From positions 15,130,001-15,194,000 of the forward strand of contig NC_087252.1 in NCBI RefSeq assembly GCF_037042905.1: a DNA stretch of 64,000 bases, given 5' to 3'. Of the stretch, positions 26,291-37,944 are shown in pieces (positions within the stretch are counted from its first letter, which is position 1; each line of letters starts with the position of its first letter). The notes under the pieces are model-generated. The model was not told the origin of the DNA, made no database searches, and worked only from the letters and a program-made list of their open reading frames with translations. This stretch comes from Lytechinus pictus. Taxonomy: Eukaryota. The translations under genes and the position numbers were made by a program.

Positions 26291-27924
26291 TTACCCCATG
26301 CTTAGATTGAAACGTCCTCGTTTCCTAGTTAACAAAAATAACAAAACTGTAGATTGAAGGTATAAAACAAACTTTGAAAATAAAACAAAGAGGCTAACAA
26401 TTGCCTAACACATGTACAACATACAATGGAATGTAGAAATCTATCAAGTCCTATCTCTGAACTTACTTCAAAACAAATTTTAGGAAAACATTAGCATAGA
26501 AATCAAATAAGACTGTCATCAATCAAGCATCATTTAAACGAACGAACTGTAAAAGCGAAGTAAAATTTGGCAAAAGAATCAATCACATAAAACAGTACTC
26601 TTAGTAAAGATCAAACTCTTCATGAAATAACTCCTTCAGTATAAAACTAGCTCCTAAAAACACACAGTATAAAATACATAAATATATCTGAACATAAGTA
26701 TAAACACTAGTACTGGCAGTACTGAGGTATAAGGAATACTGTTTCTTCAAGGCACTATCTTGGAATGTAAACTCCAAGCAAAAGACATGATTTCAAATAC
26801 GAGATATTGCTTAATAAATGCATTAAAAAAATCATCACATACATATAAAAATAAAAACATATAAGATAAATGCATAACATAACGAGATATTATCATATAT
26901 CAGCCAATAAATTCAACTCTTTCAAGTAGAAAATGTAAACAAACTTAAAGATAACATTACATAAAATAGTATACTTAGAGAAAACGCTAGTCGAAAAGTA
27001 AAGGAAAGAGAAGTATACGAAATGAAACAAGAGAAAGAAGATAATTAAAAGAACGAGAGTAAGGATAAAGAAGGACATAGGGAGAATCAGAGAGATAGGA
27101 AAATAAGAAAGAGACAACAATAAGTGGTGAATACATTTCATTAAATTTCAACAAACGACAATATCCTAGCACATCCAAGAATACGTTCAGTAATAATGTA
27201 CCTTTATACATTTTGCAAAAATATAAACAGCATCTGAGGTTATATTAAAAAGACATATCTTCCGCAAGATTGACTATCAGCTGGCAATGATGCATAAAAC
27301 AAGGCAAAGTGAAATATAATTGCATTTTTCTTACAAAAACTAGTTAACAGTCGTACACAGATAAATGAGTTAAAATATCCAGTCCAATCAGACAAAACCA
27401 AGGCAAAGTGAATTGAGGTAACAAATACAAATGTCACATAGCAATGAAATTCGCAGAATAGAAAGATAAAGAAAAAGTATCAGTTAGAGTTAAGAATAGA
27501 CAAGAGCAGACTAGAAAATAGTTTAGAAAAGAGAGATAGAAGAAGGAAAGGAAGGAGAGAGAAAGGAAAGGAGAATTCCACACAAGAAATAACATATACC
27601 ATATACTCAACTACAAAAACAAAATATAACTCAACAAATTAGTCTTTCTGCATTCCATAATTGCAGACAACGTCCTTATTCCATGAGGCTGGTATCGATA
27701 CGGGGTAAGTGTTCGTAATATCAGTTTGTCGAATCACAATTCCATCAATATAATAACGTGTGGTCTTCTCAACTACGGTGGCTAGTATAGTGTCTTCTGT
27801 TGGGGCAGTCTTGGGGGGTACTTCTGTGTCCGAGGTTGGAAACGATAGTGATGTTTGCGCTAATGGCGCAACTGGGTCCGGGGCATCTGAGATAGTGTCA
27901 TCATCGGTGTCAATAAAACTGGAG

Positions 27925-30900
27925 CTGTTGTCCTAGTCTTGTTTATTCCAAGCAGTTCGCACATTTCTGCGAATAGATTGGACTCAAAGTTTGATCCCTG
28001 GTCGGAGTGGATTTCATTTGGGACACCAAACCGACTGATAAATTCCTCGACAAGTTTCCTTGCCACGGTCTTTGCCTTAGCATCAGGCAGAGCATAGGCT
28101 TCTACCCATTTGGTGTGGTAATCCCCTACCACCAGAATCCCTCGATTTCCAGAATCTGTTTTGGGCAACGGTCCCATCAAGTCAAGTGCTATTCTTTCCA
28201 TTGGCACTCCCACTCTACTTTGCTGTAATGGAGCTCACCGGTGCCGTGGAGGATTCTTCCTTCTTGCACACAAATCACACTTTCTTAGAAAAGAACGTGC
28301 ATCGGCAATCATGCCACACCAGTAAAAACGTAGCTTCAACTTAGCCAGTGTTTTTCTCAGCCCTAGGTGTGCACCTAGTGGGCCATCATGCACATCACTC
28401 ACAGCGTCCTTACGGAGCTTCTCCGGCATGATTATTTGCTTTCTGATAGTCTTTCCATCATCTGATTCCCATCGACGACATAATATGCCATCAGCAACTT
28501 CTAGCTGATTCCACTTAGACCAATAGGTCTTAGCCGCTCCAGACTTCTGGGCAATATCTTTCCATTTCGGCCTTGGTTGATTGTCCTCTTTTGCGAGTAA
28601 TACCCATTGGATAGTCTCGTCAGATAGTTGAGCCTCTCGTATGTTTTTGCTTGACATGGAAGGTTGAGAAGCAATGCCTCTGCTGGAGTGTTCTCCATCT
28701 GGGTCAGGGGTTGAACTGTCTCTATGATCAGTTTGAATTGCATCCCCTCTTCCGCATTGTTTGCATTTCATACGAGATAAACCATCGGCATTGCCGTGAT
28801 TTCGGCCTGGTCTATGTTCGATGTGTAAGTCATACTCTGCAATTTGTTGCAACCAACGTGCAAGTTGGCCTTCTGGGTCCTTGAAGTTCAGTAGCCATTT
28901 GAGCCATGCATGGTCAGTTCTGACCTTCACTTTCCTGCCGTACAGATATTGCCTGAACTGTTTCAAAGCAGTTACTAGTGCTAACAATTCTTGCCTAGTT
29001 ACGCAATAATTCTTCTCGGCTTTGTGAAGTTTCCTGCTGTAGTATGCAACTACTTTTTCTTGACCACCCTGTACTTGAGAAAGTACTGCTCCAACTGCCT
29101 CTGAGCTGGCATCAGTGTCCAGTACAAATTCATCATCTGGCGTTGGAAACGTGAGGATAGGTGCAGATTGTAGTCTCAGTTTGAGTTCTTGGAATGAGCG
29201 TTCACAGCTCTCATCCCATTCAAACTTTGCTGATTTGGCCGTGAGTTTGTGCAGGGGACTTGCAATTTCTGCAAACCCTTTCACAAATCGCCTATAGTAA
29301 GATGCTATGCCTAGGAAGCTTCGAACCTCCTTTTTGCATCTCGGCTGAGGCCAGTCTACTATTGCTTGCACCTTGGCTGGATCAGTCAACACTCCCTCAT
29401 CTGATACCACATGCCCTAAGTAGGTCACTGATTTGCAAAACAAATTACACTTACTTGGCTTTAACTTCAAGTTAGCATCTCTCAGTCTCGAGAATGTCAG
29501 CCTCAGTCTATGTATCTCTTCCTCCACAGAGCGTCCATAGACGATGATGTCATCAAGGTACACCAAAAGTACCTCCCACTGGAGACCTTTGAGTACCTTT
29601 TCCATTAGGCGTTTAAATGTTGCTGGAGCATTTGTTAACCCAAATGGCATCACCTTCCACTTGTAGAGACCATTTCGTACAATGAATGATGTCTTGTCCT
29701 GTGCATCTTCATCAAGACTGACTTGCCAGTAACCTGAAGAAAGATCAAGTGTTGAAAACCATTTCGCAGAGTTAAGTGCGTCAAGGGTTTCATCTATCCT
29801 TGGAATAGGATAGGCATCCTTTATTGTCACTTCATTGAGATTTCGATAATCAACACATAGTCTTTGGGTACCATCTTTCTTTTTAACAAGAACAATATTT
29901 GCCGCCCATGGGCTCTCTGATGGTTCAATCACCCCTCTGTCAAGTAGATCTTGTACCTGTCTATCTATTTCTTGTTGATTACATTGTGGATGTCTCCTAG
30001 ATTTCTGCCTTATGGGCTTTGCATCCCCAGTCTTGATGCTATGTTGCACAATATTTGTGCATCCAATATCCTGGCTGTTCTTGGAAAATATGTCTGCGTA
30101 GTCTATCAAACACATTTTTATTTGCTCAAGATACTGGGAATCCACATTAATTATTGCACGGTTGTACAGATCCTCTAAATGTGGTTGGAGATCATTAGGC
30201 TTTGAACCTTCATTTGCTACAGGGTTAAGTTCTGCAGTAGATATCATTCCAAGCGTTACACCTGCTTCGACATCACATGGTGAGTCACTCGAGTTAAATA
30301 CTCGGACCGGAATGATATCCTCCTCTGCATTAACCAGAGTCCTAGCAACCATTAGTCCCTGTGTTGTGACCTTGCCTTCGGGTTCTAAGCCTTCAACAAT
30401 CGCAGTTCCTTTCATGTTATCGCTCCTGTTGGATATTCTACCCGGAATGATAGCTTCATGTCCGGCGGGCACCATTGTAGCACATGCTACTTCAACCCGA
30501 CCAACAAAAGGTTCTCCACTCTGTGTAGTACAGGTTATCTCTTCACCATGTATGTGGAGACTGCGACGCTGAAAGTTCAAGACACTATGTGTTGGGAGCA
30601 AAAAATCCATACCAAGTATCCCTTGGCATTCGATGTCTGCAAAAATGACCTTGACAGAATGAACGGTTCGACCAATACAAAGGTCCACCCATGCTGTACC
30701 TAGCACACTCAATGGACTTCCATCGACCTGTTGGATTCTCTCCATGAAAGATTCTAGGTCAGGCCTTGATTCTCTGGTCATTCTGTAGTAAGTGGTGGCA
30801 CTAATGATAGTGTCAGTCGAACCTGTATCGATCAGAAACCGACAGGTTGTGGAGCGAAGTGTCCCAGTAACATATAGGCCTTGTTTGGCATTGGATAGCC

Positions 30901-31024
30901 TATTAGGGATCATGAAGGAATAATTTGGAGCTAGTAGTTCATTCCTGTTTGAGTTGGATGAAATTGTTGACCCTCGTCTTCCAGCCTGCCTGCGGGTCTC
31001 ATGGCCGACTGTCTGTCGTTTCCC
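27925..31024 (-). pseudogene. pol: Gypsy pol: protease, RT, RNase H, truncated integrase
   Basis: LIDTGS, LDLSSGYWQV, YLDD, DTDAS, HHCC zinc-binding motif, ALDLMGP..HSDQG; in-frame TGA at 28235-28237; homology is lost after KTRTT. Confidence 0.92.
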
Positions 31025-32397
31025 AACTGTGTATTGCTCCTTCTTGGGTGCGGGCATTGGCGACATAAATGGCCAACTTCTCCACACCTATAGCAGGCTC
31101 TATCTTCTGCCCTTTGTCGACGACCCGAATTGGCAGGGCTAGGAGGGGGAGGTGATGGGGTCTGAGAGTTGCCTGCCTCTGCTCGACTCCCTTCCATTCT
31201 CTGGAGTATTTCTGTGAGAGTCTGCATGTGCTGCATTTGATTATTTAGCATGCTTTCTACTTGTTGTAGACGGGCATCAGTGTCAACACCCCTTGCATGT
31301 CGTCCTGACCTGAGCCTGTCATTTGTTCGTTGCATTTCAACTCTTTCAAAATTTTCAGTTTCAAGTGCAGCTTGAACCACTTCATCCAAAGTAGATGGTC
31401 GAGCTCGGTGAATGCCCTCTCTAATGGATTGACTTTCTACTGCGTCTATGAAGTGATTCTTTTCAAGCCTTACACGGGGCGCTGATGGAATTTCAGGGTA
31501 GGCTTTCAGTGCCAGTTCATGTATAGCTTGACCAAGCTCTTGCAAAGACTCTCTAGGTCCTTGCTTTCTGTATCTCAATTCCATGAGATAATTCTCAGCC
31601 TGTTGGCTGGAGTCAAATCTTTGTCTCAGTACCTGAGACAGCTGCTGGTAGGAGCTTCTAACAGTGCTGCTCAAACCGCTTACACACCGTAGTGCTTCAT
31701 TCTGCAAGCTTGCCATCAAATATGAGGCTGCTTCTTCATCCTCCCACCCGTTCACATTTTTACATGCTTCAAAGTGGTGATGGTAGTCTCTCCATGAAGT
31801 TTTACCATTATACCTGTCGGGTACAAGGAGAGGTCTCTGTCTTTTCGTATTTGGTGATGTCAAATTATGTGACATCATGACAGGTGTCAGTCCTGATCCT
31901 GAATTTCTTGGTACATGTATTTGTTTATTTACATCACTGTGAATGTCATGGGGGCAAATGGGTGTAGACGAGAAGGGATTTGTTGTAGGCAACTTCGGAG
32001 TATGAGGAGCAAAAGCAGTATTCCTCCTAATTGGAATAGTTTCTGTCTCGGAAACATAGCCAGTTGTTTCCTCATGAAACCTATTTCTGGGCGCTTTGAA
32101 TCTAACCTCTGATTCAATGTCCTGATATCGCGACCGCATCGCCTCTTCAGGTCTTCTCGGGGTTTCTGAGAATTCCCCCACATTTCTGAGGTTTTCCCTA
32201 GCACCTTCCATTTTCTCTGAGTTTTCTTCTGCCTTTGTCTTCTCCCACTCCAACAACTCTTTTTCTAGTCTACACTGACTGATTTTCTCATTTATTTGAT
32301 CTAATTCTTTCTCAATATCCCTCCTTTGACTTATGTTCTTTGCCATTTCTATATGAATTGAGGTATGTATCAAGTAGCAAAGTTTACTTAAGTTCAC
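30931..32397 (-). CDS. gag: Gypsy gag with CCHC zinc knuckle
   Basis: Intact ORF with a PDRYNGKTSW capsid-like region and CYRCGEVGHLCRQC; true start is probably MAKNI at about 32346. Confidence 0.9.
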   Translation of the reverse strand: MNLSKLCYLIHTSIHIEMAKNISQRRDIEKELDQINEKISQCRLEKELLEWEKTKAEENSEKMEGARENLRNVGEFSETPRRPEEAMRSRYQDIESEVRFKAPRNRFHEETTGYVSETETIPIRRNTAFAPHTPKLPTTNPFSSTPICPHDIHSDVNKQIHVPRNSGSGLTPVMMSHNLTSPNTKRQRPLLVPDRYNGKTSWRDYHHHFEACKNVNGWEDEEAASYLMASLQNEALRCVSGLSSTVRSSYQQLSQVLRQRFDSSQQAENYLMELRYRKQGPRESLQELGQAIHELALKAYPEIPSAPRVRLEKNHFIDAVESQSIREGIHRARPSTLDEVVQAALETENFERVEMQRTNDRLRSGRHARGVDTDARLQQVESMLNNQMQHMQTLTEILQRMEGSRAEAGNSQTPSPPPPSPANSGRRQRAEDRACYRCGEVGHLCRQCPHPRRSNTQLGNDRQSAMRPAGRLEDEGQQFHPTQTGMNY

Positions 32398-32970
32398 ACA
32401 TCCAGAATGTGCTTATGGATGATTGAATTTGGAAATGATCTCCTTTTAATATTATACTAAATTGATCAAATACAACTGAACAATATTCATTCTACAAAAT
32501 CTTTATCTATTTTCAATGCATTCTATTTCCAAACTATCACGAGCATTGATTGAGCAAGCCTTATGCAACCACTACAGTGTATTTATGAGCACATTCGCTC
32601 GCTATTATTCTATATATTGATCTACTGCTCGTGAGCACGATTTTATGAGCATGGTTTCATTGCTCGTGAGATTTGCTCATGTGGGTTTGGCTCATAAATT
32701 TTGCTCACGAGTCTTGCTCACGAGTACGCTCATGTGGGTTTGGCTCATAAATTTTGCTCACGAGTACGCTCATGTGGGTTTTGCTCATGTGGGTTTGGCT
32801 CATAAATTTTGCTCATGAGTCTTGCTCACGAGTAGGCTATTGCTCACAAGTTAATACTTGCTCATGTAGTAATATCTGCACTGCTCACTGTGTGTGACAC
32901 GTACAGCCTGCTCTATTGTTTACTTTCCTCACTCATGCAGAGCCACATAGGCATCTATTTGAATGGACAT

Positions 32971-33225
32971 CAGACCTTCACGTTTATAATTTCGTGGAGC
33001 TCAATAAATCGCTCTCCTTATTTTTTTGAGGAGCTCAATTGAGCTCCTCAGAATCGCTCTCCGTGAGGAGCTCAAATCAATTCATTACAATACATGTATG
33101 ATAAATTGTAGATTTTTCTTAACATTGTATATATATGCAATAGCTGTGTTAGCTATTAATTAATCTGTGGTGAAACTAGGCCTGGGTCACGTCAATACGT
33201 TTACAAGATGTCGTATGCACTACTG

Positions 33226-33264
<39 letters not shown>

Positions 33265-33669
33265 AAAAAAAAAAATTGCTAAAATTTTACATTTTACATC
33301 TTTAAATCCATGAAATGGTCTTCTTTTTTCCATAATACCTTGAAATTACTTTGATTTAGTTGAAAACTATCAGAAAAATGAAGAATATTCACCTCTTTCC
33401 CGACTCTGATTTGAACTTACCTCGGTAAATATTGTAGTCCCACATGTAGACTTCCATGGTGCTGCCATGAAAATCTACATATGGGACTACATGGGACTGC
33501 AAATATTTACCGAGTTTAAATTAAAATCAGAGTCGGGAAAGAGATGAATATTCTTCATTTTTCTGATAGTTTTCAACTAAATCAAAGTAATTTCAAGGAA
33601 TCATGGAAAAAAGAAGACCATTTCAAGGATTTAAAGATGTGAAATATGAAATTTTAACAATTTTTTTTT

Positions 33670-33704
<35 letters not shown>

Positions 33705-33790
33705 GAGCGCGATTTTTTGCTCTCCTTATTTTTTTTAAGGAGCGCGGTAGGAGCGCCGGCGCGATCGCGCTCCTCAAAAATGAAGGTCTG
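32971..33790. mobile_element. Non-autonomous DNA transposon (CAG termini, 6-bp TSD) inserted in the Gypsy leader
   Basis: TIR CAGACCTTCA / TGAAGGTCTG; GGACAT duplicated at 32965-32970 and 33791-33796; internal hairpin at about 33230-33702. Confidence 0.8.
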
Positions 33791-33894
33791 GGACATGTGT
33801 TATTGTGTACGGTAGCAGGACATATTTTGCTTCAATATCTGAGCTTATAGAAAACTGAATAAACTGACAGAATTCATGCTGGAAAATGTGTTGA

Positions 33895-33913
33895 AATCCC
33901 ACCGCTGCCACCA
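33895..33913 (-). other. Primer-binding site complementary to the tRNA-Leu 3' end
   Basis: Plus strand AATCCCACCGCTGCCACCA equals the 3' end of eukaryotic tRNA-Leu including CCA, 2 nt from the 5' LTR. Confidence 0.9.
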
Positions 33914-33915
33914 AT

Positions 33916-34515
33916 TGTAACCGAAATCACCTTTGAACTTAGCTCACCAGGTTCTTCCACAAAAATATATTGCGATTCAACACATTCTCACGTGCACTCA
34001 TTCCTCAGTCTACTCACGTTTTCACAATCTCTGCTCCCGGTCATCTGACTAACTTAATTAGAAATAAAATAAGAATCAACTCAATTTGAAATTACCTTCA
34101 AGTCTTGGTCTTGGCCTTTATTAACACTAAACTGGAGCAGTGGTTACACAAATATCTGCTCCCAATCGATTATCTTCTGACTTCAGAGCTAGAGCGAAAC
34201 AATACACATGATACAGGAGCCAAACTACAACCACTCCTCACAGTACGAGAGCTACACAACAACTGCACCCATCGAGGGCCAAACTTCAACTAACTAACCC
34301 CCTCCTTCAAGTGTGAGTGTAGGGGAGTCCCTAAACACATGAGTGCACAAGGCACTCTTACATAAAGATACACACATGTAGTGTACACAGAGAGACTGCA
34401 CTACTGTGCATAGGGAAGATGGGGATAGTAGGAGAGAGATAGACAGAGAGAGAGAGAGAGAGAAGAATAACAGAGGTAGTCTACTACCAGACTCTAAATA
34501 GGCAGTTTTGTTACA
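33916..34515 (-). repeat. 5' LTR of the Gypsy element
   Basis: Direct repeat of 25699-26290, adjacent to the PBS. Confidence 0.95.
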
Positions 34516-34912
34516 ATAGGCAGAAGTAGATCCCAGCACGCGTGACCCACACTAGTTAGAAATCCACTAGCACTACCAAACGCGGTTCATGGACATGGTG
34601 CGAAATTAGTTTACTAACCTCTTAATACGTGTGAGTGACCACGACCTGGAAAGTAGCTTCGCATGTCTCTTCCATGGAAATAAAAGGAAGGTCGTTGTTG
34701 GCGCAAAAACAATTCACAAGCTTAATTCATTTTGTCAGTATTTTTTAAACTAGATTCAATGTAGAAGGGTTCTAAGTCTATGACTGCGCAATTCCCATGA
34801 TTGTTTGATAAAATATAGACACCAATAAATGCAATAACTTAAAAAACATACTTTTTATATTATTTTTGCTGATGATAAAACATTTGGAAAACATTCAAAG
34901 TGATGACAAATT

Positions 34913-37444
34913 TTGTTGTTGTTGTTGTTGTTCGTTTTGGGCCTGTTTCACGCCCTAGAAGTCTCCTCGGTAGACACTTAGTGTTGAGAACTCAAAGGTA
35001 GAAAAACTGCTAGGTAATTGTTTTGTTGGCTAGTTTGGCTAGATGTTAGCGCTGGTAGATGAGACAAATGCTACCACCGATGCTCTAATAATACATTGCA
35101 TTTGCTTGGTCATTGCAGGGTTGAAGCCCAGGAGGGTGACCACCGAGATCTCTCTGAGATGGTATGGAGTGTTAGTTTTGCTGTATCCTATCTCTATGGT
35201 CTGTATCATCTTCAGTCTACTGGACTCATAGAGTGAACAGTGGAGAAGGACATGCTATATAGTTTCCCTGTCTCTGTTGCAACTGCAGTTAGGTGAAGGG
35301 TGGTTGTGAGGGAAAATTCTGCGCATATTGTCATTGAGTTTGGTATGTCCTGTGAGCATCCTCATCAGCTTCACTTCTGTGGATCTTGGAAGAGAGCTGT
35401 GTGCATTCTTCCTGGCAACTGTGGGCATGTCCAGGTAGGAGTTGGTATGTCCATCTTCCTTGTGTAGATCTGTCCCATCGTCGTTGCCAGAGCTTCTCAG
35501 TGTTCTTACGGATAGTCTTGGCACTTTCCTTGTGCAGAGTAATTGCAGAAGCTAATGATGATGAGCTTGCAGCTTCCAAAGCAGCATCCTTGGCTAGTTG
35601 GTCAGCAAGTTCATTTCCCATGATATTTGCATGCCCAGCGATCCATGTGATGGTGACAGTAGTGCCTCTACTTCTTAGAAGAGTGATGTTTTTATTAGTG
35701 CGAGACACAACCTCTGGGAACAATGAAGAGTGGAGAGAACTGGTCATGGCCATGACAGCACTTTGACAGTCAGTGAGAATGTGCGCTACCTGATCGACTA
35801 GGGCTGGTTTCTTCAGGGTGACATGTTCCACAGCTGTTTCTATGGCGACCATTTCAGCATGAAAGCTACTCGAATTTCTAGCAACAGGCTTGCCGATGCA
35901 GGTTGGTATGCAGTTCAGTCCTGTCCAGTAGATGACAATGCCTGCTCCGCAAGGACCTGGGTTTGACAATGCAGACCCATCTGTGAAGATGATAGTATCG
36001 GTATTGAGACTTAGAATGAAATCAGTCGCCAACTTCAGAGCCTGGTCCTTCTGCTCACTACTTCTGTCTCTACTATTTCCAAGGTTTCTCCACTCAATGC
36101 GAACCTCTTCCATTCTGCACGAGAGGATGTCAGACATATCTTCGATAGGTTGGGAGCCAGGATCGTTTACCTGTAGGCTGACATTCAGATCTTTAAGGGC
36201 CCTGGTCATCAAGCAGAGAGGGGTGCTTCTGGGTCCACGTGAGAATGCTGGATCACCCAAGAGACTTTGGACTAATACCCTGAAGTTATCTGTTTCTTCC
36301 TTACTAAGAATGTACTGGCACAAGGTTCTCGCAAGTATTTCACGTAGTCTTATGTCAAGAGGAAGAGTGTGAGACATTACTTCCACAGCATCAGAAGAGC
36401 AGTGAACAAAGGTCCCTGTGGCCATTCGAAGCGCAAGATTTGGAACTCTTTCCAGCGCCAAGATGGACCTGACTGTACACCATACAGGGTAGGCAAACTC
36501 CAGGTGCGGTCGAATACATGCCGAGTACAATAGAAGCATGAGTTCCATGCTGGCACCAGCAGTGTGTGATGTTAAGGCAGAGATCTTGCAAAGTGCTCTC
36601 ATGGCTTTTGAAGCTGCTGTTTCAACCTGACTACTGAAACGCAGATTCTCGTCCAAGATGACACCTAGACATCTGCACTCATTTACTTGGGTGAGGCGAT
36701 GGCTGCCCATGTGTACTGCAATGTCCTTGTGACCTCTTTTACTGAAGCACATGACATTAGTCTTTGAGGTGTTGACCGAGAAACGCCAGGTATTGCACCA
36801 CTTTTCTAGCTGTTGCAACTTGACTTCCAGATTCGCAACCGCAGTATGCAGGCAGTTGCTTGTCTCCCATAGGGTGATATCATCAGCATACTTGATGTGA
36901 TTGCCTAGATGTGGAGAAACATCATTGATTGCAATGATGAAAAGGATCGGAGCAATGACCGAACCCTGAGGAACGCCTACACTTGTCTCTTGCCAATCTG
37001 TTCTGACAGTGTTAACAAGGCATCTGCAGTATTTGTCTCTGAAAAAACTGGAGATAGACAACAACAGTCTCCCAGAGATACCGGCTTTGGCCAGTTTATA
37101 GAGGACTGCTTCTCTCCATACGTTGTCGAAGGCACCTTCAAGGTCGATCAGAACAGCAGCAGTGTCGTGGTTGTGTTTGAAACCACTCAGTATAGGGAGA
37201 GTCATACTGAGCAAAGCTTGAGTGATGTCGCGTCCCTGTAGGTATGCAAACTGTTCAGGTTCAAAGAAGGCCTGTTCATGTAGGGCTGCCAACAGTCTTC
37301 TGGTAATGACCCTTTCATATAGTTTGCCAACAACAGAGGTAAGTCCTTGTGGGCGATAGGATTTCTCAGTATGGTACGACTCTTTGCCTGGTTTTGGTAT
37401 GAATATTTTGTTTTCTCTTTTCCAGATCTTGGGTATCTTCCCCA
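34913..37444 (-). mobile_element. 5'-truncated I-group LINE (RT + RNase H + C-terminal CCHC)
   Basis: 10-bp TSD ATGACAAATT at 34903-34912 and 37445-37454; (CAA)n tail; motifs DLEGAFD, GVPQGS, YADD, FTDGS, WIAGH, GNELAD; frameshift near 35435 and a stop at 35255 inside CSC..ETI*HVLLHC. Confidence 0.92.
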
Positions 37445-37944
37445 ATGACAAATTAAACAAAAAATAGAAAATTCTATGTACCTTAAACGAAGCCCGCAGT
37501 GCTATGCTATCGTTGGTTTGTCAAGAAACATTCCACCAAAGTCTTTACAGTAAAAAAATTGAACACTTTGCCGACTTTGCGTAACGCTTTGCATCGATTT
37601 ACGTGTACAATAGTTTTTGTGACTAGTCTTTCCCTTGTAGTGTCTTTGATATGAAGATAAATCGCGCGACCTCTTTAGCTAATTAGACGAAAAATGTTGG
37701 AAGTAGAAGAAAGCTCCGTATTTATCAATGAGAAGAAAAATCAGCGCTTTTTTTAGATAACGCTATTTGAGGGATATTCATGATATTAGGGGGAATTGGC
37801 TTCACATCGTTCAGTAAGTTTCGTATAAAGACTTGATTTTATAAAACCTCTTCTTAAATTCGCGGAAGGGCCATGCAATTGTTGCAATTTTGCATGCGCT
37901 GTGCCTTCAATTTTCCTGTACACGGGCCGCACATAAAGCACCCA

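Larger units (their letters stand above)
25699..34515 (-). mobile_element. Ty3/Gypsy LTR retrotransposon, both LTRs present, integrase defective
   Basis: LTRs at 25699-26290 and 33916-34515 (TGTAAC...GTTACA); 4-bp TSD ATAG; tRNA-Leu PBS; domain order gag-PR-RT-RH-IN. Confidence 0.97.

Noticed and set aside
37445..37460. Start codon of the 709-aa LINE ORF
   Set aside because: It lies in the TSD and flank; the element is 5'-truncated at 37444 with no endonuclease domain.
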